A stretch of DNA of 64,000 bases from Phoronis australis. Its lineage: Eukaryota > Animalia > Phoronida. The DNA lies in assembly GCA_002633005.1 (NCBI GenBank), contig NMRA01000051.1, positions 623,273 through 687,272 on the forward strand. The letters run 5' to 3'. Positions 1 through 13,200 of the stretch are shown here, one piece after another (within the stretch, counting starts at the first letter, position 1; each line of letters opens with the position of its first letter). The notes under the pieces are model-generated. The model was given only the letters and a program-made list of their open reading frames with translations. It had not been told where the DNA came from and ran no database searches. A program made the position numbers and the translations under genes.

Positions 1-1173
1 GCGTCAGGTAAACCTAATGCAGGTAAATATTAAAGACAACCGTAATCTAATTGATATCTGCCGCGTCGCATTAAATGGATACAACAAAATACGCACACGG
101 CTCCTCGTCCAGCCAAGATCTGCTTAGAGTATGCTTCCGATTTACAGATTAGGCAAGAACTCGTCTGCATTTATAGATGGTTAACTTCGAGTAAACATCG
201 ATTACATGGTAACATATTGATGGTCACGTGACTCCCGTATCTGGAAAACTGATACTAACGTATCTTATTGAGGTGGGACTCAATAGTTTTCTTTGAGCCA
301 CTGTTGAATCATAGAATATTTCTTTGAGTCACAGTTGAGTTTGACTCCTACAATTTCATTAAAATTTGCGCCTGCGTTGGCTGAGCATTTTAAGTTTTGT
401 GGTGCACGTGAAGGCTACTATGGACGAATGGCATTTGCTTGATTTTTGAATCTGTACTGAATGAAAGGTTTCACATATTGACCCCTTGACACACTTTTTG
501 CTCAATGTAGCTAATTACTGCTTGCAAGTACAGGGAAGTTGAAATTTAGCAAGAAATTCAGGTACCTTTCAAAACTTTGGATTAGTAAAAAATCTAGTTG
601 GTCGACACTCACGTTTCGCCTGATTTCTGTAATCTGGAGAGCCTGAACGCACTGCTTCTCAGTTCGAAGTAATCATATGCGAATGGTGGTTTTGGGGTGA
701 TAATTGCTACTTTGGTGTAATTTTGCTCGCTTTTTATGTAGCTGGCTGCACTTCCGGTGGTTGTAAAAGATGGAAAAAGTGCCTTTGGGATCAATTTCAG
801 TACACTTGGTGAAAGATTTTTGAAGTCTTTGTCCCACTAAATGGTTCACATTTTCAGGTTTTGTAGATCCTGTGTAACAGACTGTTGAAGCTTCCAAGAT
901 CTGTTTTTCAAGCCCAACATCAACTAAAGGTGTCGAGGGCCTCCTTATTAATCAAATTGTAGTAAATTGAATGAGAACTATACGGATAGCTTGGTGGTCC
1001 GCCTCCCTTGGGGTATACGTGTGTCCTTTTAGCTTAGTCATTACACTTTCTCGCTGCCCATGTGACTGCGCTGATATATCTTTGAAGATATCTTGGCTAC
1101 AAAGAGACTCAGTTTTTACTCCATTGCCCAGCTGATGGAGGTGCTAACACCCATAACAGTGGCCAATACTTAC

Positions 1174-1284
1174 TTTCCATGAAAAATTGTGTTGGTAATT
1201 GTCACAACATTTCTTGTTCCCCATTCATCAGCGCGAGGTGCTGCAAACACGCGTTGACCTCTATTGCCTAGAGTTCGTAAAAAC
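1174..1284 (-). CDS. CACHD1-like exon 15
   Basis: ccttgcag|FLRTLGNRGQRVFAAPRADEWGTRNVVTITNTIFHG|gtaagt, 111 nt, phase 2-2. Confidence 0.85.
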
Positions 1285-4200
1285 CTGCAAGGTTACGATA
1301 ACGTTTTACCCTACAAAGAAACACTAAGACGAGGAACCAGGGTCACGTAGCTTGGGGATCCGACAATGACCAGACACTGAGAGCACTTCCCGTTCAGTTA
1401 CATTAAGGTAAAACGATCGAGCGCGGGTTCGAAACCTCTGGAACTTTCAGGATAAACGCGCTGATATTCGTTTCCGGTAAAAATGAAACGCAGCTTACAG
1501 TCGTGTTTCTACCATGCAGGAATCGAAATCAGAAACACGTGCTTCAACCGAATGTGGATATCGAGCGAAAAAAGCTTTAAAGCTACAGGATCATCGCTGC
1601 GTCGGTTTATGAACACCGTAGGCTAGGTCAGTGGTTCCCGGACAGGTCAGTTTTTAACCTGGCACCTAATCTGGTTGGCTCAATGTACGAGTTCACTTAC
1701 TTCTTACTATCAGTCAGAAGTTCTCGATATATCAAACATCCACTTCGGGCTTATCCGTAACCCCCTCATATCTAGCGCATAAGTTTTATGCAACCGGCCG
1801 GGGCCCATGAATCGCAATAACTGCTCGGACAAACACACACATTGGAAACAGTCCTGGTACTGCGAATGTTTAACGTTTTTTTCAATGACAAAATCTACGT
1901 GAATTTAGCAACCAACATACAATATGCGAAAGTACCATAAACACGGCCGTCATGGACATTCAACAGTCTGCGATTATGAATGGCGCCAAGATTGATAACG
2001 TAATAAAACATCCTCTAGAAATCATTGAAACCTTACCAGGACCTTTCAGTGCAATCGTACATCTTGGGCAGTGTTATTCCCGGGTACATGATTAAGACCC
2101 CTTCAAAGGTACACAGCTTCTGCCACACAACGGACTGCTTATCGTTCGGGAGTCTGGGCGTCTTCATCCAGACAGTTTCCACTTGAGCCGCTGCCGCAAC
2201 AGCTTCACGAACACCGGTCTGAAAAAATTTCGTCTTCTAGAGAACAGAGGTAAACCACATCAAATGTCATATGTTTAGACCAAGATGTAAATTTCGATAC
2301 ATGCTTCTCTTTAGTGAAAACCGTAAAAATCGAAAATATCATTCGAGCGGAAAAAAACTTGTTAATAATACCAACTTTACGAGAACACACGAGCATATTT
2401 CAAAACTGATTCAACATCTGAAATGCCTTCAGGGATATTTTGAAAATAAATCACAAACAATTTGATCTATCTGAACTAACAAATATTGTGACTCTAATTA
2501 CCCTCAAGTCTTTTGAAGTTCCACTCCCTTTAATATATTCGGTAATTTTTTCCACATCTTCTTCAGTTTCGGGCTCAAAGAGGTATTCCAAAGGATGCAG
2601 GAACGCAATCGGACTGAATTTGACCGCCGCTGCGTCTAAAAGGGATAACAAGGGTGACGATTTTCAGAAATCTAGTTTATAATTTTAAAAACGTTGCTGG
2701 ATTTGCACATGTCTAGCGACTGCCAATAAATTAAGTCGCTATCCCAGGGACCCCAACCACAGCTTTTGAAGAAAAACTCCCTCGCAGTAGGTCGTTAAGT
2801 CAGCATGTTGACGGCTTTTTTGATCGTGTTGTAACGGGGAGGGGTATGTGCTGTGTCTCCCCTAAATCTTCCTGTACTAAGAGAGTCTCTTAATCACTTT
2901 CATTAGATCAAACTAATAAAGAAATTCATTAATCATTTCAAACTCATGTTCTCCCATGTATCAACCGAAATGGGTTCTAAAATTCCTCTCAACGTTTCAA
3001 ACAGATTTCGGGAGCCTGCACTACGTAAATCAGTCCGCATTTTGTGACGCCTCTTTGGTTGCCCTTTTTCTTAAAGCCGTTGTTTTTCATTGCAAGGTAA
3101 GAGCTAATGCTGCAATACGCATATACACCCCTATTAAATGATCAAGAAACAAGGTACAATAATAACGCATTAACAGGTCGATAAACCATGGCTAATTTCA
3201 CATTAGATGCTCAAGTAAAATGGAATACCTTTTCTTGCCACGTGATCGAAGTATTCACACTGATTGGACCATGGTTTTTTGCTGACCTCAGCATGGTAGA
3301 GAAACTTCGACTTCAAGTAGTTGGTTTTCATCAATTCATTTACCATATCATTTCTGGACAAAACCAAGCAGACAGAACAGCTTGAGTTTGGAACCTGGAA
3401 TGATTGAAAAGCATGTAGTCAGTTTCTCTGGAGTGGATGAAATGATCGAATTTGAAGTGACTGTCGGCATACTGCAGTCAGGTATGCTAGTATGCAGGGA
3501 AGTTCCTTAGTCAGTTGCCTTGAACTCCTCCCAACCTATCCTTGTTCACTGTCGGTTCCTTCGGGCCAACCAGGCAACGTGATGTTATCTGTCGGGAATT
3601 TTTGTTCGTTTCTTGAGTTCGTTCCAATGTGCCTCGAGAGATAAAAGCGCCTCCCTGGTGTCAACTTCCATATACAGAACGCTGGACGGGCATTTCTTCC
3701 CCATTTGTCTCGTCAAAGTTTGAAAATAAGTATCTTGATGGACTCGATCTGGCGTATTTTAGCCATTTCGTGTAATCTTACCTTATTGTGTTTCAACGTC
3801 ATTGACATTACCGAAGTTTTGGCTATAAAAATTTGCCGTGGCAAAAAATTAAGACATCACAAAACTTTCAGTTCTTGCTAAAAGTACGCACATGTTTAAA
3901 ATTTGGACACTGTACACACTTTCCAATTAATTTCGAAAACGAAAATATTTCCAATCAATTTAATATAGAAGTAAGATAATTAGTGTACTGTGTTTCAGGG
4001 TACTCTTTCCCTAAAGAAGGTCTTTTAAAGAACATAAATAATTTCACAATAATAGACCTACAATTACATGTAGTTCCGCAACGACGTACGGTGTAGGACA
4101 ATAACGATCTTCGAGTTGCACTAGAATCTCGTCCAAAAGACAAAAAAAAAACTGCAAAATCGCGCGAATAAAAAGCGAGTGTTGCAAGAGAGTGCTCGAA

Positions 4201-7200
4201 GCTTGCTAAGAGTACACTAGCAACCTGGAAGCCACTGAACAGATTGGCCGGTAAGATTAAGATGTTGAATTGTGGGATATAGAATTCACTGCTTCCGTTC
4301 CAAAAGAGGAGATTTCTCGGCGCAATTGCGGCATAGGTGCTTATGATCTACGGAAAGTAATCTTTAATAACGTCACAGCCACATGCGCAAACTTACGAAA
4401 TGCCAGAAGTAATGACTGTACACTTTAAAGCTGTTAACGCCTTCTGCAGATGTCCCTCTCGCATAAACATGGTTTGACGAAAAGCTCGCGTTGCCAGATT
4501 CTCCCCTACAAAGAAAAATGATACCAACTTGATGTTCCACTAACACGCTGACGCGTGCACGCAACGCTACCTTAGACTCTGGGTCAGGGCATTGGGCTAA
4601 ATTGATACTAACAAATATGTACATCACAAATTTGGATACTTGAAAGCAATGTCCTGAATCACACCCAAAATGATTCCAATAACATTTTATACAACTGCCA
4701 ACATGCTCCAACAACTCCATTGCCATATTCTCAAGACTAAGGAAATATTGGTGCTCAGTGTCACTCAATAAGTTGAGAAAACCTACAAAATTAAGGCCAC
4801 GGTAACTACAAAGTGTGTAATCACAGTCCTACATGTGCAGTGACATACTCTAATGAGTAACTTGGATATTTAGATCAAGAGTATGTTGAGTGCTGTAAAA
4901 GGCTTTTCTTTTTCATCTTGAGCTCTTGACAATTTTTGCTGAATCCATAAAATTGTGAAACAAACACATGTAGCCTACAGTTGTCTTCACAATGTTTTGA
5001 AGTCAAGTCAAATAAACAAAACCCCAGAAGGCAGAAAACTTGACGGCTTTGGAACGGAGATTCATGATAAAGAGAAAGAAGTCTAACAACTGAACCAGCT
5101 CTTTACCTCATCATGGAACTGATGACTCCGCGCGATGCAGCGCGGAATTCTATGTCGCCAGCAAACAAGAAGATTGGTGGTTCTTCAACTTTATGTGGCG
5201 TCGGCAGTAGAGGATGTGTCATTAAACGACCACCTTTGTCAATCATGAATGCGTAAGAGGTTTCCCCTGACAAAATGCAAATAGTAAATTCGAACAAAAT
5301 CCGCATTACGTAACATCTATAAATGCCACTAACAGCTGTGGCAGCGACGGCGGCGGTAGCAGCAGCTACCTGTACATGGGAATGCACTCTCAGCTCAAAC
5401 CAGGAAGTCATTCGTCAGCTACATCTCGACAATAGCACATACCCGGAAATCACCTCTGCACTACGTCTGGATTCTCATTAGCTCAAATTACCCAGCCACT
5501 CTGGTCCGAAGTCAAAATAATGAGCAGGGAGCACGTCAACGCATTGCTCACGTGTTTGCCACATCCGAGTTCAAACAGTACTGGCGGGTTTGAGTTCTGT
5601 AGACGCAAGAAGTTCACCAAAAAGGAAAGATCACACGAGCCTGCACGAGTTGTCACTAGGAATTCCACGCAAGAGACACGGTCACACTAGATTTATTCGC
5701 AAGTGCCTAGCGTCTACGAAGCACTAACCCGGCAACGGTTTGAACCCGGGTGTCCCAGATCAAGAGAGTGCCAGAAGCGACAAAGCGCTGTGCTACTCAG
5801 TCTTCTTGAGTTATAGCGCAAAGTTATTTATCGTAATCTATTTTGCCCGGAGTACGCCATGAGCATTGTTGCAGAGTAAAACAAGAGGAGGATTTGCCCG
5901 GGTTCCGCTTCCTCGGATGGACGATGTCAGCATTCCCGTGCTGTCATTATGGCGTTTTGTCCATGCCCATCTTGCAGAGTCTTAGTTAGTTTTATCTATT
6001 TACGTCATAATAAATGACAATATTCGCAATCCTCCTCTTGTTTTACTCTGCAACATAGCTCGTGGCGTACCCCGGGCAAAATAGATTACGATAAATTAAA
6101 TTTAACTTGTTAAATGCNTCTCCCCTACAAAGAAAAATGATACCAACTTGATGTTCCACTAACACGCTGACGCGTGCACGCAACGCTACCTTAGACTCTG
6201 GGTCAGGGCATTGGGCTAAATTGATACTAACAAATATGTACATCACAAATTTGGATACTTGAAAGCAATGTCCTGAATCACACCCAAAATGATTCCAATA
6301 ACATTTTATACAACTGCCAACATGCTCCAACAACTCCATTGCCATATTCTCAAGACTAAGGAAATATTGGTGCTCAGTGTCACTCAATAAGTTGAGAAAA
6401 CCTACAAAATTTAGGCCACGGTAACTACAAAGTGTGTAATCACAGTCCTACATGTGCAGTGACATACTCTAATGAGTAACTTGGATATTTAGATCAAGAG
6501 TATGTTGAGTGCTGTAAAAGGCTTTTCTTTTTCATCTTGAGCTCTTGACAATTTTTGCTGAATCCATAAAATTGTGAAACAAACACATGTAGCCTACAGT
6601 TGTCTTCACAATGTCAAATCAAATAAACAAAACCCCAGAAGGCAGAAAACTTGACGGCTTTGGAACGGAGATTCATGATAGAGAGAAAGGAGTCTAACAA
6701 CTGAACCAGCTCTTTACCTCATCATGGAACTGATGACTCCGCGCGATGCAGCGCGGAATTCTATGTCGCCAGCAAACAAGAAGATTGGTGGTTCTTCAAC
6801 TTTATGTGGCGTCGGCAGTAGAGGATGAGTCATTAAACGACCACCTTTGTCAATCATGAATGCGTAAGAGGTTTCTCCTGACAAAACGCAAATAGTAAAT
6901 TCGAACAAAATCCGCATTACGAAACATCAATGCCACTAACAGCTGTGGCAGCGACGGCGGCGGTAGCAGCAGCTACCTGTACATGGGAATGCACTCTCAG
7001 CTCAAACCAGGAAGTCATTCGTCAGCTACATCTCGGCAATAGCACATACCCGGATATCACCTCTGCACTACGTCTGGATTCTCATTACAATGTAGCTCAA
7101 ATTACCCAGCCACTCTGGTCCGAAATCAAAATAATGAGCAGGGAGCACGTCAACGCATTGTTCACGTGTCTGCCACATCCGAGTTCAAACCGTACTGGCG

Positions 7201-10200
7201 GGTTTGAGTTCTGTAGACGCAAGAAGTTCACGAAAAAGGAAAGATCACACGAGCCTGCACGAGTTGTCACTCAGGAATTCCACGCAAGAAACACGGTCAC
7301 ACTAGATCTATTCGCAAGTGCCTTGCGTCTACGAAGCACTAACCCGGCAACGGTTTGAACCCGGGTGTCCCAGATCAAGGAGTGCCAGAAGCGACAAAGC
7401 GCTGTGCTTCTAGTCTTCTTGAGTTATAGCGCAAAGTTATTTATCGTAATCTATTTTGCCCGGAGTACGCCACGAGCTATGTTGCAGAGTAAAACAAGAG
7501 GAGGATTTGCCCGGGTTCCGCTTCCTCGGATGGACGATGTCAGCATTCCCGTGCTGCCATTTTGGCGTTTTGTCCATGCCCATCTTGCAGAGTCTTAGTT
7601 AGTTTTATCTATTTACGTCATAATAAATGACAATATTCGCAACCCTCCTCTTGTTTTACTCTGCAACATAGCTTGTGGCGTACCCCGGGCAAAATAGATT
7701 ACGATAAATTAAATTTAACTTGTTAAATGCGGCATTTATCGTCAGTATTTTGACATTTGTCTCTTTATTTTGATACCAGTCCTTAGGGTTTATTTTGCAT
7801 TACTCATCTCTATTTATAGCCTCAAGGGCCTACTTTTGTATTCATAATTTCTCTACGCGACTGATCAACCTCACCATCGGCATTTCGAGACCAGACCACT
7901 TTGTCACTCTCAATAAAGAAGCTAGAGCGGACCTTAATAAATATATCGCATATGGGGGTGATGCTCGGCTGACGCCTCCGATTCGTACACTATTTTGGCA
8001 CCGCTCACGCAGTGGCCCCGGAACAGGGGATGTGAGCCACTTCTTTCATCTTCAATGTCGCACCACTCCCCTTGTCACAACCGCTGTCGTGACGCAGCCC
8101 CCGGTCGTTTCCAACTTCGCCGATGCCATCTCCCAAAGCTTGATAAACGGCTAGTCTGCGATTGAAAAAAGCGGTCGCATGCCAGAAAATAGTTAACTTA
8201 TTTCGATGGAGCACCCAGTATTGATCTTCTACCTTGATTTTTCAGTGGGAAACTCAATGGATTGGCGTCGGAAGCTTTTCACAGAGTTATCAAAACAAAG
8301 GACATCTCATGTCAAAAACATATAGCATTCACATTTTAAAATTTCAGGCAGGTCAACACGTTTTAACTAAAAATGTCCTTAGTGTTCAAATAGTGTACTT
8401 ACCTTTCTTAAAGTACATCACATCTTCTATTAGTTCCTTCATGTTAATGTCAGTTCCCACAATTCCCAGAAACTGGTTCTTGTAATATGCAGGCAAAAGT
8501 ATCGACGTTATTAAGTCTGAAATTACCAAGCAGTGTTACATGCCGACAGAGATTAATTGTAAATGTGCCTTTAATTACTGTCAATATTAGGAGATTTCGA
8601 TCGTCGTTGGGCTGAAATAGCGAAAAAGCATATGTGAGACATAATCTCACACAGTCTTTCAAGATGACAATTTTCTACATGTCCATTATGCTTCAGTTAA
8701 TAGGAGATTTGTCAAGCCTAGTCCGAGTTTCATCATTTGACTTTACGTCATTTCATATTTCTGTAGGAACAGTAAGACAACAGACCCATAGGCACATGGA
8801 TCAGTGAGAACCAGTGAAGTTTCAATTAACACAAATTTATAGACAAAGAGCTCGAAATTATAGTAATAAATGCGCATACACGTTTCTTTAAAGTACCGCC
8901 CGTACACAGTGCTCTAGCTCAACTTACCCCACTTTTAAGTGGAGTGTCCACACACACAGTACGATGACTGGGGTAAGGCGGAAGTTGTCGCTCCGCACGT
9001 GACAATGAACACTTATAATCGGAGTACGGCGCGCAAAAGAACCCGTCTGTATCTAACCGCAACTGATAATTATTTCCACCCTACCTCCATTTTGCCACCC
9101 CTTACAGCGATTACAATTAAATTGGAGCAAGTCACCCTAGAACAAGATACTCCACCTCGACAATGGGGAGTAAGTTGTCACAAGTGGGATAAGTTGCGCT
9201 AGATTAAATAGCGCCGAGACAGCAGTGAAACCTAGCTACAACTCGTTACAGGAATAATTTGTCTCTAGGGCAAGTCTGTGTGTGGACGGCACTTAAAAAT
9301 ATTGATTTTTCGATTTGCAATCGGACTGACTACAGTGTATTTATGTACTGGTGAAAACCTGACTGTTTCAGGTAGATCTACCTTTACTGAACGCGTCCAC
9401 ATAAGGTATGGTGATGACAGGCTCGGATGAACGATGTCTTCGATTGAAGAAGTTGTAATAGGATGCCATCTCCGTACGTAGCCTCTCGGCATTATGGACT
9501 AGGGTAAAGGTACCTTTCTGTACAAATACCAAAGCAAAGCATTGTATTACTAGGACAAATTTTATTCGCTAGTATTCAACATTTTAAAGTGATAGCAGTG
9601 TAATTGAATTTCTTTGCACATGAACGAAATGGCTTTCAATTTGGTGTATAGGTTTTGTGAGAGCTGTTTCATGTTTCATTTGGATGATTTGCACCAACTA
9701 GCTTCCAGTAAGTTGCTAACGTCCAGATTGACAAGCAGAGCCTAAAATGTAAAACAATAAGAAGTAAAACTTACCGTCACAGCTCCATTGGAGGCATTGA
9801 AACCCTTCTGGAAGGCCATGTTTCTCAAAATGCCGACGGCAGATGGGTCATAACCTATGAATATATGCATTTTAGCTTGAGCACACTTGCTGAGCAATCC
9901 ATGCTTAATGCTGATTATATTGCATGTCTCTGTTTATCTGTCGTAAAAAGCATTTTATCGTCATCGTTGTTAATGTAATTGTCATTCTTATATTATTGAA
10001 GATGGCTACCAACAAGGTAAAACTCACTACGATTAAGATCATCTTAATCTTCGAACAAAACAATGATCTGTATCCTTCGTCTGTCGTCAAAGGCTTGGGA
10101 ACCCTTTATAATGCTAGTTAAATCGGCAAGTGTGACTCGTAACGTATTTGGTAAATAAATTGTATTGGATGGCGGCCGTAGGGAGCAACTGTGTTGAAAA

Positions 10201-13200
10201 GTACAATGGTTACTGCTTCTGTTCAAAAAAGGGGTAAATAGTTAAAGCTATAGCGATCTTGAATTGCACTCTTCAACTTAAAGGAGAATGCCAACGAGAA
10301 CAACGTATTTTGTATCAATTTAGATCGAGAAGTTCCAGTCCATAATAACAAGTTCAGTTCTTTTCCTCCTGACACAAGAGGGCAGAGGGAGGTGCTAAAA
10401 TTAACCAATGACGTCACAGGCTCTAACACAGTCTGCCCAGCTGTTTACAAGACGCTTACTGCTGTCAGTTTATCGGTTGAGTTCATCGTTTTACATCAAT
10501 AAAGCATCAAAATTCGATGTAAAAACCTTACAAGTACATTGAGTTTTTAAACAAATGAGTCGTTTTATTTCACTGTTACGATTTATAGAAAATTTGAACG
10601 TACCGTAGCCTACAAAGCTCTGGGCCAACTTACCGAGGTCGGTCACGGGAGGTTTGGAGTCTGTTCGTTGATAAATTAGGATTATTCTTCCGTGAAATAC
10701 AGACAGGAGAACCTAGACACGTGTGTTGTAATTTTAGACTTTTTTCTACTCTAAACACAAAACGCTCGTTATAACCCAGTGACTCCGAACCCTATCAGGC
10801 TCGTCGCGGCCGGCCAGACTGGAGATATTACGAACATAAATCAACCGGGTTAGTCGACTGCGAAAGTTGAAAACTTAACTTCCAATCACAAAAAGACTAG
10901 ACTAGGGAACCAAAGAAATAATGTGCACGTGAATGTTTTGGTGAATTCGCCACGAAATTGCAAATCTACTTACTCGTTGGGGGCCTCAAAGCCAAGCTTC
11001 CCTTCCACAGAACCGTACAGGGAAAAGGTGTAACATCCTATTATACCACAATATTAGCCTCGAATGGCAGATATAACCGTGTAATAACCCATGAAGTTAT
11101 CTCACTAGTGAGATATCGTTTTGACGGGAAACCGAGGCCGGATTCGAACCCGGGCTTCAACAATTGCGAGTCGCCGACTTTACCACTACACCACTCAGCG
11201 GCTGACGTCAACGATCGTGAAAATAGAGCACTTAAATGAGCACGTGCAACAATTGCATGTTCAGCAAAGGGCATTGCACCGACATTTATACGCTATGAAA
11301 AATAAATCGCATCATTTCCATAAAAACGATATTTTAATTCAGTGAAATTTTTCTCTCGTGTTCTCTCACTTGTAAATCACCGATCTCCAATTTGAATGCA
11401 AGGCCCGGTCTCCAATCTTTTTACTCGAAATGGAACTCGAAATTAGGTTTGGCATTTTCTACTCTACTTTTGGGTGAACTCAAGATAAGTGCCTATTATT
11501 CTATGCTCGAGTACACAATAACTTACCTATATAATTTATTGCCCTTAGTTCACAGTTTGTAAACCCAATATTAAAGCAATAAGTTCGAGTTTGAACTCGA
11601 AATTTCGAGTTTTTACTCGAGTTTGTAGCACGAATATAAGGGTCTTCAAGGGCAAACTTGAACTAGAAACTCCTATGCATAAACTATAATGTATTCGAGC
11701 ACAGTCTGATAACCAATTATCTTAAGTTCACACAAAAGGAGCAGAGAAATTGCCAAAAATAGTTTCGAGTTCGTTTCGAGTACAAAGATTAGAGACCGGG
11801 CCCAGGTGTCGTGTGGTCGGGATCCTTTGACTTGAGCATTATAGTCAGTTACTAGTGGTAACCTACTTTAGCAGACGATATATTCCCGGTCGAAGCTTAG
11901 CGTGATAAAATGTGTAGTAAGCTATAATAGTTGCTAAACCTTAATTTATAGATTCACTTCATTTCTATTTTGTTTTATTTTTCAATTGGTTTTGAGTAAA
12001 AGCATTATTTTGCAAAAATATCTCGGCTTTTCTTAAAAGGTCACGACCTCCGACCCCGGGCCTCTGACATAGAAAGTAGTTACAAAGCCGAGGCGAGTCA
12101 AGAAAGGTAGATCGATTCATTGCAATGTTTCTCGTTCAGTATGTGGTATAAATAGATGATTACATGTTCTCAGTCGTTATCCCCATTATCTAGAGCCCTC
12201 GTGGATTTTAAAGAATTATCATCCTCGGGGCTAACGCCCCTCGGGCGATAATTCTCCAAAATCCCCTCAGGCTCTAGATAACGGGGGATAACGACTTCGC
12301 CATGTAATAATCTATTATATTTATTTAAAATGACTTATTCTTAATAAAATGACATAGGCAAAAACTGAACTATACAATGTACAATAACAATGATTTGAAT
12401 AATGCATATACATGTATATCTAAATAAAGATTCCTTTAACATCTGGCCATAGCATATAAAATCGAGTTATAGTTTCACAACAGCTTTCTGTCAGACAACA
12501 CTGAAGTAGCATGCGCTCACACGGCGGGGAATTAGTTTCATTGCATCTTAAAAGCCCGGTAACGCAGGATGATTTATTAATTGTTAATTTCTCAAAATAT
12601 TTGCACTCACGAACACTCCTAAGGCATTACAAATTGTATCTACTGAGACAGACTCTTAACACTTCATTTCAGTTTTATAGAAACATTGTTTAGGGTGAAA
12701 GTAATTCATTTTGAAACAGAACAACGCCGGTTACAGACACGGAGATATTTCACGGCCTTATGATACTTGGTAGGCGCATTAATGGCGCGCTTTTCGTTCT
12801 TTATTGCCGGGAACGACTTCCGAATTCGGGTTCTCGAGGAAATAAAAACGATATATCCGCTTTCTTTGCAGCTTCATGGTTCGCACAAGCAGGAACGATA
12901 CGCCACACCATAGCGGCACACACCCAGCTGAAGAACCCGACACTGACGTCGCTGCGTCGTGTACCCACCTTCCTCACAGGTTAACGCGACAGCTTTCGTC
13001 GAGGTGAGATCGACTGTATACGAGTTGATGCGGATATAGACCAATTAAGGCGGTAACAAAAACTAATTAAAACGGGTGGTATTCTCCTTTAATGAAACTC
13101 ATAGTTGGACAAGTTTTCATTTGAAATTGCTGGAACGTTTTTTCCTTTAGATGAAGGCAAAAACAACATTGCCGCGTTTGCGAAAGCGCGAATTTAAAAT

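Larger units (their letters stand above)
4500..7730. repeat. 1.6-kb near-identical tandem duplication (4500-6117 / 6119-7730) joined by a single N
   Basis: Both copies start tctcccctacaaagaaaaatg and end aacttgttaaatgc; N at 6118; scattered substitutions and small indels between copies. Confidence 0.97.

Noticed and set aside
6930-7358. 142-aa plus-strand ORF (MPLTAVAATAAV...)
   Set aside because: Disrupted by indels in the other copy (about 5323-5740) and next to a DIRS/Ngaro relic; probably transposon debris.
10634-10712. 79-nt candidate exon with a GTAAGT donor between exons 6 and 7
   Set aside because: Wrong length to keep frame or to replace the 80-nt exon 7; no similarity to the family.
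11131-11200. Possible tRNA gene
   Set aside because: A and B boxes are present but the D and anticodon stems do not pair properly; treated as a SINE head.
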